NCBI RefSeq assembly: GCF_006345805.1
Contig: NC_043011.1
Span: 50,170,464-50,234,463, forward strand
Length of the DNA: 64,000 bases
Source: Octopus sinensis
Taxonomy: Eukaryota
Reading direction: 5' to 3'
The notes beneath the pieces were generated by a model. It saw nothing but the letters and a program-made list of their open reading frames with translations. It was not told the origin of the DNA and did not search any database. This document shows positions 1-10,614 of this stretch, piece by piece; the stretch's first letter is position 1; every line of letters starts with the position of its first letter. The position numbers were made by a program, and so were the translations under genes.

Positions 1-269
1 TAAACAACATCTCACATCGTAAATACGATGGGGTGTTTATAGATATAATACTGTAGCTTCTTAAAGCTGTGAGATGTTGTTTATAGCTTTCCATATCATA
101 GCTATGCTAGGTCCTCCCCCAAAAAATCTATAGTTCTCTACATAAATTTCACCTCCACGCTGGAATTTTGGCGAGCTTATCAGCCTCTTTCCTCTTCGTC
201 TTCCTTCCCCCTCCCCTCCCCACCCCTCTCTCTCTCTTTCTCTCTCTCTCTGTCTTTCTCTCCTTTCCA

Positions 270-600
270 ATTGGTTCTCAGTGCTTCTGAAAATATTCAC
301 ACGATGAAATGGCCACTTAGCTCCCTCAAAAAATGTGTAAGACATTTCTATTAATACAGCTCTATATTTAAGAGCCATTGGTGTCATTATATTCCAGCCT
401 GTTCGTATTAGCTTTGAGACTCTACAGCTACACAACAAAGTTAGATGGTTTGAGAGACGAGCTACTTTTTGATGGAGTTTCTCTACATGTCTCCATTGAA
501 GTCCAATGTCGGCTCCGTACCGATTAGATAATACAGTTCTATATTTTCTGTTTGCTAAAAATTCTGAGATTTTTATACTTATATATCTTAAGTACGATGT
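270..600 (-). mobile_element. Penelope-like element ORF N-terminal domain fragment
   Basis: Part of ORF 61..1044: FLANRKYRTVLSNRYGADIGLQWRHVEKLHQKVARLSNHLTLLCSCRVSKLIRTG fits the PLE N-terminal pattern (R..EKL..K.AR..NH..FL..C...LIP.G); the rest of that ORF is microsatellite read-through. Confidence 0.55.
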
Positions 601-664
601 CATTTTCCATAGATAAATTATTGTTATTATCATTGTATGTTTGACTTTTGCTTTGTACTGGCTT

Positions 665-675
665 TGTACTATTGC

Positions 676-717
<42 letters not shown>

Positions 718-719
718 CA

Positions 720-753
<34 letters not shown>

Positions 754-760
754 ATTATTA

Positions 761-803
<43 letters not shown>

Positions 804-975
804 CATTATCATCATCATCATCATCATCATCATTATTATTATTATTATTATCATCATCATCATCATCATCATCATCATAATCATTATCATCATCATCATC
901 GTCATCATTATCATCATCACTATCATCATCATCATCATCATCATCATCATTATTATTATTATTATTATTATTATT
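665..975. repeat. (ATT)n/(ATC)n microsatellite
   Basis: Direct trinucleotide repeat; source of poly-I/N/D ORFs. Confidence 0.97.
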
Positions 976-1555
976 ACTTTCATATGATTGGATTTTGCTT
1001 CGTGTTTGTACAAGTCGACTCCAAGTCTCACCCAGAGACCTCAAGAGACAACAAGCTAGAAGTTCAAGGTGGTGTTATGAATAGGATGCCATATATTTGG
1101 TTTTGCACAGAGTATCGTTCTAGAGAATGTCTGTCAAAACATAGGTAAATTAAGTTTATTTTTAAAGTAAATTGAGTGTAAGATGATAGTCTGATGTTAA
1201 AATGACAGTAAAAGGTGTTTGCTTTTATGTGGATTTAAAAGTATTTTAACACTTTTTACAGATTAAAATATTTTGGAGATTACACAGACAATATTTTATA
1301 TAAGATATGAGCAGTTCCCATGAGCACTACTTTTATAAATTTCTTCCATTTTAGTATTTCCTGATATCTGATACAGGTAGCAATCAACCCCTTTTACTAT
1401 CATTCCTTGGACACCTATGACAATAGGTATTGTTTTAGTCTTGACGTTCCACATTTTGCCAATTTTTATTTCAAGATCATTTTAGCTGCTCGGCTTTTGG
1501 TTGATTTTGATAGGTACATTTATGTCGATTGGGACAGTCATTAACTGAAATTATA
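976..1555 (-). mobile_element. RLE-type LINE (R4/Dong-like) 3' end: endonuclease C-terminus plus 3' UTR
   Basis: Minus translation ..DLEIKIGKMWNVKTKTIPIVIGVQGMI..VVLMGTAHIL matches the RLE C-terminal pattern (PIVIGALG / LLGTA.ILR); flanked on both sides by (ATT)n. Confidence 0.75.
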
Positions 1556-1557
1556 TG

Positions 1558-1640
<83 letters not shown>

Positions 1641-1699
1641 GCAAGCGTAAACAAACGCACGTATGTATATGTATGTATATATGTTTGTTTTTTTCTTCC

Positions 1700-1910
1700 T
1701 GTGTTGTGTTTGACCCCCACTTATTGATATCCGTTTCTGTTAATTGATGTCCGTCCGTGCACCTACCCGTCAGCTAATATTTCGGTAAAAGAGATCTACA
1801 GGTTTAAGTACAAGGCTTTGAAAAATTAGTACTGATGTTGATTAGTTCAACTAAAACCCTTTTTGGCAGTGCCCCATCATGGCAGCAGTCGAGTGACTAA
1901 AGGAAGTAAA
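1700..1910 (+). mobile_element. SINE family A, degenerate 3' half
   Basis: Similar to the 3' halves at 27440-27640 and 58760-58965. Confidence 0.6.
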
Positions 1911-2132
1911 AGGAAATAGATACATGTACGCAATCTCCGATTATTTTTTTTGAACAGAAGGCCATAATCACGAAATATGGAAAAATAATTTTAGAATACA
2001 AAAGTTCGACTTGTACTATTTTTGAAAGCCCACACTGTGCACATGACTTAAAAAATAGAAAAGTAAAAACTCTCATCGGTATCAGACAATGCTTCATGCT
2101 AGTTATACTACTCCACTGTAGCTACACACTCA

Positions 2133-2163
<31 letters not shown>

Positions 2164-2197
2164 TATATAATATATAATATATATACATATATATATA

Positions 2198-2248
<51 letters not shown>

Positions 2249-2700
2249 CGTACAGCTTATTCGTGTATTTATTTACAAATGTGCATATTAATATATATTA
2301 ATATATATATATACATAATGATTGTATCATTCTATTTTCTGCGTCACGTAAATTCTTTCCTAATCTTGTAAACAACTATTTGTCTAGATTTATATATTAA
2401 TATATTATATATTATATATATATATTGTGGGTGTGGTGGTGTGTGTGGTGTGTGTGTGTGTTGTGTGTGTGTATGTATGTATATATATATATATATATAT
2501 AATAAATACATACATACATACATATATATATATACATACATATATATATATGTGTATATTTATGTGTGTGTGTCTCTATATGTATGTATATGTATATGTG
2601 CGTGCCTATTAATATGATGGCTTATCTATGCCTCCGTCAGCAAATTTTTATCCTCATACTTGATTTATATTAAATTATCGTTATCATTATTATAATTACC

Positions 2701-2742
<42 letters not shown>

Positions 2743-3264
2743 ATTTTAATTTTTTTTTTATCATCATCATTATGTTAGCTATTAATCAAAATTCCCTGCA
2801 AGTACGCCTACGTGAAATGTCAAAATACTTTTATTCATTTGTGGTATTGTTTAGATTGAGATGTAAGTATATTTTCATGTATTGTTCTGATCGCTGATGG
2901 ATAAAGTAAACAAGCAATCGATATGTCTCCAGACTTATGTCCAATATATTGGGTAATACTTGTGCTGCATTCCTATAACCATCCACACACAAAGCCACTG
3001 ATCTTGAGCGCAAGACTGCGGGTCCACTTCCCGCATCGATCTGCATGTTGTTCTTCTTGTCATGCTAGTGTGCGGACCAATCTAGCGTTGATGTAGCTCT
3101 CTCTCTCTCTCTCTTTCTCGCACACTTTCTCTTTTTCTCTGTCTCTTACTTTCCGTTTATATGTCTCTCATTCCCTGTCTCCGCATCTTTCTCCCATCTT
3201 TCTCTCTCTTCCTCTCTCCCCGTAATATCACCTATATAGGAGTACCGTTTAATAAGTTTTATCA

Positions 3265-3382
3265 GGAGTGACTGTGTGGTAAGAAGCTCAGATTTGGTGC
3301 AGTCCCACCGCGTGGCATCTTCGGGCCGGCCAAAGCTTAGGGAGTGTATTTGGTAGAAGAAAACTGAAAGAAGCTCGTCGAA
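3265..3382 (+). mobile_element. SINE family A head (truncated)
   Basis: gagtgactgtgtggtaag..cagtcccaccgcgtggc..ctgaaagaagctcgtcg matches full-length copies. Confidence 0.75.
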
Positions 3383-3394
3383 GATATATATATA

Positions 3395-4019
3395 CCACAT
3401 TATCCATTTTCCGGGTGTTTCATCTTTCAGATGTTCTCCCTGGAGGTAAGACGGTTTTTTTTCTCTATTTTGTTGCACACACGCATTTTTACTAATACAT
3501 ACGCGGTGAAGCTACACTTTAGCGTCGTATTTTTACGTTCGCTATTTCCAGTAAATATCGGTACTTTGTTGTGCCATTTATTTACTATTTGTGTATTTTT
3601 CCCTCACGGGCTACTTTTTACTGGAAGGCAATACTTTGTATTGCATTACTGATATTTTGAAACTTCTTCACCGTTTCTCGTACTGTTAGCGTTCCGTATT
3701 TCAGTCGAGTGTGTTAGTATTTATGTGGTAACATCGTAGTTTCGTCTTGGTATATGTTTGGCTGAAGAAGGTAAAGCAAATATGGGTGAGAAGACATATC
3801 TTGCAAAACCTGAAACCTGCAGGTACCACATTATCCATTTTCCGGTGTTTCATCTTTCAGATGTTCTCCCTGGAGGTAAGACGGTTTTTTTTCTCTATTT
3901 TGTTGCACACACGCATTTTTACTAATACATACGCGGTGAAGCTACACTTTAGCGTCGTATTTTTACGTTCGCTATTTCCAGTAAATATCGGTACTTTGTT
4001 GTGCCATTTATTTACTAAT

Positions 4020-4020
<1 letters not shown>
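3395..4020 (+). mobile_element. Hammerhead-bearing 431-nt unit (about 1.45 copies), PLE pLTR / retrozyme-like
   Basis: 3395-3590 is repeated from 3826 (ccacattatccattttcc..); the repeat phase coincides with the HHR cleavage site at 3825/3826. Confidence 0.75.
3755..3833 (+). ncRNA. Type I hammerhead ribozyme (HHR-A)
   Basis: tgg / CTGAAGA (3762-3768) / stem II AGG..GCAA.ATATG..CATAT.TTGC..CCT / GAAA (3812-3815) / palindromic stem III ACCTGCAGGT / GTA^ (3823-3825) / cca. Confidence 0.75.
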
Positions 4021-4050
<30 letters not shown>

Positions 4051-4262
4051 AACAATTGAGGGTAAAACGTTTCAAGATTAGCGCGGTTAAAATATAATGT
4101 TTGCTAGATAGACCACGTGGGTGGAATGGGGAGTGCAGAGATTTACGCCTGCGCATTTTGAATTTGTTGACACTGTTAGTTGGAGTGGTTCATCTGAAGC
4201 GACAAGTTCGCTGATAGGTAAAGTTCCTTCTTTTTAGTGTTTCCAAATCCAAATTAAGAAAT

Positions 4263-4325
4263 TTTGAGCTGACGAAAGAAATGCTGATTTTATTTGGCTA
4301 ATCTTGAAACGTTGACGTACTCAAA
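4263..4325 (+). ncRNA. Type I hammerhead ribozyme (HHR-B1)
   Basis: Stem I TTTGAG (4263-68)/CTCAAA (4320-25); CTGACGA 4269-75; stem II AAGA..TCTT; GAAA 4306-09; stem III ACG/CGT; cleavage triplet GTA 4317-19. Confidence 0.88.
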
Positions 4326-4824
4326 CGATCTATGTACTTGTGATATTTTTCTGTATTTACTTCCAAACCTTCGTGAGCTGTCTGGAGTAAACATTATCTG
4401 AGAGAAATTTTCTTTAAGTAGTAGAAATGCTAAGAAAATTTTTTTTGGCTGCAATTTCTACTAAGTTCAGTATGTGGCAATTAATTTATTTTACTAAGCC
4501 CTAATTATATAATGTAATATTTTGAATTCGCCTTAATGGTCCTTTTACATACTGAACACTTGGTGAAATTGATTAATTAATTAATTTTACCCTCAATTGT
4601 TGATATTATAATTCATTTCTCTCGGTCATACTGCCTCGGTTCTCGCGGTTAAAATATAATGTTTGCTAGATAGACCACGTGGGTGGAATGGGGAGTGCAG
4701 AGATTTACGCCTGCGCATTTTGAATTTGTTGACACTGTTAGTTGGAGTGGTTCATGTGAAGCGACAAGTTCGCTGATAGGTAAAGTTCCTTCTTTTTAGT
4801 GTTTCCAAATCCAAATTAAGAAAT

Positions 4825-4887
4825 TTTGAGCTGACGAAAGAAATGCTGATTTTATTTGGCTAATCTTGAAACGTTGACGTACTCAAA
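4825..4887 (+). ncRNA. Type I hammerhead ribozyme (HHR-B2)
   Basis: Same sequence as B1; CTGACGA 4831-37, GTA 4879-81. Confidence 0.88.
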
Positions 4888-5385
4888 CGATCTATGTACT
4901 TGTGATATTTTTCTGTATTTACTTCCAAACCTTCGTGAGCTGTCTGGAGTAAACATTATCTGAGAGAAATTTTCTTTAAGTAGTAGAAATGCTAAGAAAA
5001 TTTTTTTTGGCTGCAATTTCTACTAAGTTCAGTATGTGGCAAAGTAATTTATTTTACTAAGCCCTAATTATATAATGTAATATTTTGAATTCGCCTTAAA
5101 TGGTCCTTTTACATACTGAACACTTGGTGAAATTGATTAATTAATTAATTTTACCCTCAATTGTTGATATTATAATTCATTTCTCTCGGTCATACTGCCT
5201 CGGTTCTCGCGGTTAAAATATGTTTGCTAGATAGACCACGTGGGTGGAATGGGGAGTGCAGAGATTTACGCCTGCGCATTTTGAATTTGTTGACACTGTT
5301 AGTTGGAGTGGTTCATGTGAAGCGACAAGTTCGCTGATAGGTAAAGTTCCTTCTTTTTAGTGTTTCCAAATCCAAATTAAGAAAT

Positions 5386-5448
5386 TTTGAGCTGACGAAA
5401 GAAATGCTGATTTTATTTGGCTAATCTTGAAACGTTGACGTACTCAAA
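5386..5448 (+). ncRNA. Type I hammerhead ribozyme (HHR-B3)
   Basis: Same sequence as B1; CTGACGA 5392-98, GTA 5440-42. Confidence 0.88.
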
Positions 5449-5685
5449 CGATCTATGTACTTGTGATATTTTTCTGTATTTACCTCCAACCTTCGTGAGC
5501 TGTCTGGAGTAAACATATCTTGAGAGAAATTTTCTTTAAGTAGTAGAAAGCTAAGAAAATTATTTTGGCTGCAATTTCTACTAAGTTCAGTATGTGGCAA
5601 AGTAATTTATTTTACTAAGCCCTAATTATATAATATATATATATATATATATATAATATATATATTATATATATATATATTATAT

Positions 5686-5747
<62 letters not shown>

Positions 5748-5768
5748 TATATATATATATATATATAT

Positions 5769-5913
5769 GTGGCTGTGTGGTAAGTAGCTTGCTTACCAAC
5801 CACGTGGTTTCCGTTCAATCCCACTGCGTAGCACCTTAGGCAAGTGTCTTTTACTAAAGCCTCGGGCCGACCAAAGCCTTGTGAGTGAATTTGGTAGACG
5901 GAAACTGAAAGAA
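5769..5913 (+). mobile_element. SINE family A head
   Basis: gtggctgtgtggtaagtagcttgcttaccaacc..ggaaactgaaagaa. Confidence 0.9.
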
Positions 5914-6679
5914 ACATTAATAAATTCATACAGAAAACGAATTTCATCCAAAATTTATAACTCTTGCTAATTTTGTGCAAATTATATAATTTTTCACAAT
6001 TTAAAATTTTCAAGAAGTAGAAGAAACAAAAAGGGATGTACCATTCCACGCTAAAAGCGCATTTTTATGACAATCACCATGGCAGAAACATTATAAACTT
6101 GTATTCTAGGCCACGACGTAATAACATCAAATACATTATATTAACTGATTGGCCTCTGTGTCTGAAATATACAAAGGTTATTTGACTTCCATTTTTCGCA
6201 TTGTTAGACGCCTTCCGCCTTCATCATTTATTATTTTACTTCTATAAAACAAAATAATTATGTTTGAAAAGTTCTGAACATTTTAATTACAAAAAAAATA
6301 ATACATGTATGTTGATAACAAAAGACAAAATCAACAAGAGCAGGAAAAGCGGCAACACCAACAACAACAACATCAACAACAAAGCATGCTTTTATTGTGA
6401 TATATGTTTGAAGTTATGACGTCGTGCTTCATTTCAGACTTGTAGGCGTCAGATTCACTCTTTCAGGATAGACGGATGCTTAAGAAATACGTGTGTGTTT
6501 GTATGGATGGATAGACGTATGTGTATGTATACATGCATACATATACGTATATGGTTGTATATAAATATGTGTGTGTGTCTGTGTATGTGTATGTATCAAA
6601 ATGGAATAGGCAGGACAAGAGGACGAAACATGGAAGAGAATGGCATTGAAGAGACGACAGAAAGTGCGATTAAAGAACT

Positions 6680-6779
6680 NNNNNNNNNNNNNNNNNNNNN
6701 NNNNNNNNNNNNNNNNNNNNNNNNNNNNNNNNNNNNNNNNNNNNNNNNNNNNNNNNNNNNNNNNNNNNNNNNNNNNNNN
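6680..6779. other. Assembly gap (100 N)
   Basis: Run of N. Confidence 1.
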
Positions 6780-7423
6780 CATACGAAATATACAGAACAA
6801 AAAGTGATAAACACACACACACACACATACTCATGCACACGCACAATTACACACTCACTCACACACATACACACACTCGAATCCACAAACCACACGTTCA
6901 TTCACACAGTCACATACGAAAATTAACAGAACGAAGTGATAAACACACACACACACACACACACATACACACACATACGCATACACTTTTTTCAAACACG
7001 TGCTTGCACACACATGCAATCACTCAGATACACATTCACGCGCATACCCGTTTACACACACTCATTCACACAAGCATGCATCCAAACGCTCACAGACTCA
7101 CGCACAATCACACACACACAGATGTATGCCTAGAGCTGTACAGATGCACACCGGAACACACAAATATAAAAGCACGCATTCCACAAAAGATCTTTCACGT
7201 CAGTATGCTGTATGTGTATGTGTCAGTGCAACTCTACGTCCCTTTGTGTGTTTGCGTGTGTGTGTGTATGTGTGTGTGTGTGTGTGTTGTGTCTATGTAA
7301 GTATATGCAGCTGTGTGTTTATTTAGCTTTGTGTGCTGTGAGACACTGTGTGTGTATATAAATGTGGACATATATATGTGTATATGTATGTATATATATA
7401 TATGTATATATATATATATGCAT

Positions 7424-7464
<41 letters not shown>

Positions 7465-7466
7465 GT

Positions 7467-7498
<32 letters not shown>

Positions 7499-8149
7499 CA
7501 TATATATATACTATATATATATTATATATATATATACATAATATGTATAATACATATACATGCATATGTATACATGAGTGCGTGTGTCTCTCTCACTGTA
7601 TATATATATGTGTAAGTATGGTGTGTATGTATATATATGTATGTATATGTTTACATACATACATATATATTTACATACATACATACATATATATATATAT
7701 ATATGTCCACTTTTATATACACACACAATATCTCACAGCACACAAAGCTAAATAAACACACAGCTGCGTATACTTACACAGACACAACATATATATATAC
7801 ATATACATATATACCGGTATGTATATATGTATATATGTATATGCATTTGTATGAATCGGTGAAAGACATAATAAGCCAAGCTAAAGACGTTCCACTCAAT
7901 TAGCTAAGCACAATTATATTTAAGTATGTCTCTCCAGTCAATGTCCTTAAAAATTTTTTCAATTTTTTCTCTCCAATAAATTTTAATTATATATTTCAAT
8001 CTTATATGGCAAATCAGTCTGCATGATAGCGTTGTTAGTTTCAAGCTTGTAACCAACTAATCACTATATGACTATGATGCACTCGGCCTCATATGCACGC
8101 AGTTTTACGGTCTGGTGCTTGAAACATAATTCAAAGGGTATTTTTGTTT

Positions 8150-8367
8150 TTCTTTCTTTTTTTTCCAGTCATTTGACTGCGGCCATGCTGGAGCACCGCC
8201 TTTTAGTCGAGCAAATCGACCCCGGGACTTATTCTTTTGTAAGCCCAGTAGTACTTATTCTATCGGTCACTTTTTGCCGAACCGCTAAGTGACGGGGACG
8301 TAAACACACCAGCATCGGTTGTCAAGCAATGCTAGGGGGACAAAACACACCACACAAACACACACAC

Positions 8368-8439
<72 letters not shown>

Positions 8440-8611
8440 CATATATACGACAGGCTTCTTTCAGTTTCCGTCTACCAAATCCACTCACAAGGCATTGGTC
8501 AGCCCGAGGCAATAGTAGAAGACACTTGCCCAAGGTGCCACGCAGTGGGACTGAACCCGAAACCATGTGGTTGGTAGACAAGCTACTTACCACACAGCCA
8601 CTCCTGCGCCT
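8150..8611 (-). mobile_element. SINE family A, full length (tRNA-derived head, internal (TA)n(TG)n)
   Basis: Minus head aggcgcaggagtggctgtgtggtaag (A-box-like) and gggttcagtccc (B-box-like); tail ggtgctccagcatggccgcagtcaaatgactgg; more than ten homologues in the window. Confidence 0.93.
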
Positions 8612-8684
8612 ATATCTTACGTTTCACAGTTACATTGCTCTTCCAAGCTCTGTATATCTATTAATAATGCTTTGTACTATAGGC

Positions 8685-8890
8685 GCAAGATCTGAAATTT
8701 GGGGCGAGGGGATTAGCCGATTGCATCAACCCCAGTGCTCAACTGGTACTTATTTCATCAACTGCGAAAGGAGGAAAAGCAAAGTCGACCTGGGCGGAAC
8801 CTGGACACAGAAGGTAAAGACGGACGAAATGGCGCTAAGCCCTTTGCACGGTGTGCTAACGATCCCACCAGCTCCCTGCCTTTGGATCTC
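8685..8890 (-). mobile_element. SINE family B (tRNA head; gtcgactttgcctttcatcc..ggggtcgat core)
   Basis: Homologous to 20175-20410 and 35752-35960. Confidence 0.8.
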
Positions 8891-9056
8891 CAACTGAACG
8901 GAAGAATTATCTTCCGTTCAGATTGATAACACTTCGATGGTAGTATTTAGTTTAATCCCCTTTACTCTGAATGATTTTAACCTTGGAGAATTTGGAAAAG
9001 TTCACAACGGTTCATATAAAAGGGGCCATCAGCTCCTCTTTATTTGAACCGTTGAC

Positions 9057-9152
9057 CGTCAGCGATGAAGAGCACTGGTGGACCTGGTCGGCTCTGTGCA
9101 TGGTGACGTCTATGAGACCACTAAACTGGGATGACCCCAGCCTCATCAAGTA
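9057..9152 (-). ncRNA. Candidate box C/D snoRNA-like RNA (tentative)
   Basis: TGATGA (9148-9143) and CTGA (9062-9059) 90 nt apart; the 13 nt before the D box are complementary to the 5.8S rRNA CGAUGAAGAGCGC segment as I recall it for molluscs. Confidence 0.25.
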
Positions 9153-10487
9153 AAGGCATGAAGCAAGCAGCAAGCAAACAAGCACGCAATTATTTAATCA
9201 TGTTTAGAATGAAGGAATTTAAAAGTACAAACTGTAGTTGATGTCGCTTTGCATCTTTGCCAATTGATGTTCTATCCACTTCGTATTAGGCAACGTACGT
9301 CTCACTTGCGTATAAAAGCCCATGTAGGACGATGTTATATATGGATCAGTGTTAAAATGCAAAGTTACAAAAAAAAATAAATAAAATAACACGATGCATG
9401 GAGATAAAATAAGTTATTCATTTTTATTTCAATCATAAATCACATCGACTGCAACAATTAGTTTGACGTTTTAGCGATGTGTGATGCAATCAATGAAATA
9501 AATGGAAGAATTTTAGTTTTATATATGATTTAAAAATTGTAAAAAGAAGAAGGAACAGAATAGTCAAAAATAAACACCATAAAATGTAACCGTTAATAAT
9601 ATCAGAGCTTTTGATTCACTCAAAACGATCTTGTATAAAGCTGGCATTTATTCATTCACTATATATTATGATATATGACTACAAATATAATAAACGGTCG
9701 ATGTACATTAACTAAGGATATTTTTTAAAAGCATAGATTAATGTATGATGTGATCATTTATTTTTCAGCTGTTGGGTGATGTAAAATATTGAAATATTTA
9801 AAATAGAGAGAATATTGTGTTTGTTATCATAAAATGATATTAATTAAATGAATATATTGTTTCATAAAACAAGCTCATCCAAACATCCGTTCAGAGTTAA
9901 TATCTTTTTGTCGTCACAAATCAAAATCTATTTCGAAATATTTTATGTCACCTAACGGCTGAAAAATGACAGAAACACTCACATTAATCACGCTTCATAA
10001 ATCAGGATAATTCGCCAGATAATGTTGGCCAACATTCGATATTTTTGTTGTAGGGTGGTAAAAAAAATCTATAATGGGTAAAATCTATAATGGGTAAATT
10101 TGTACGAAATCAAAATGTTTTATATTATCGTGTATATTAAAGGCTAATTTTAATAGTTTTTATAGATTGTGTACCGTATATGAATAAGCAAAATTTCGTA
10201 TGTATTTATAATATAGATATAAATAAAAGCATCGAAATCGATACAACGCGAGGCTAAATGCCAACATATATGTATTTTAAGCTGAATACAAAATTATGTT
10301 AGTACACGGATACATATGCATATGAATCAATATCTTTAAATTCAAAATTGTTATTAGTTCAAATGTGCCTGAGGTATATTCGAACTTGTAAGAAAAACAT
10401 GCACTGTATTTTCTCATGGAGAAAATTACTTCTTACCACATAGCCTGCACAATATATGTATATATATATATACGTATATATATATTT

Positions 10488-10535
<48 letters not shown>

Positions 10536-10576
10536 ATATATATATATATATAATATATATATATAATATATATATA

Positions 10577-10614
<38 letters not shown>

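Larger units (their letters stand above)
4046..5630 (+). repeat. Tandem array of ~562-bp units (about 2.75 copies), each with a hammerhead ribozyme
   Basis: cgcggttaaaata.. starts at 4082, 4644 and 5208; units near-identical; (TA)n on both flanks. Confidence 0.95.

Noticed and set aside
2831-3100. Unique higher-complexity segment with short ORFs on both strands
   Set aside because: No recognisable domain or consistent splice sites; could be a UTR or regulatory element but unsupported
4082-5630. CRISPR-like or satellite interpretation of the array
   Set aside because: No variable spacers and no cas genes; eukaryotic context
9130-9162. Minus-strand ATGCCTTTACTTGATGAG resembles the U12 snRNA 5' end
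   Set aside because: The branch-point pairing region and Sm site are absent
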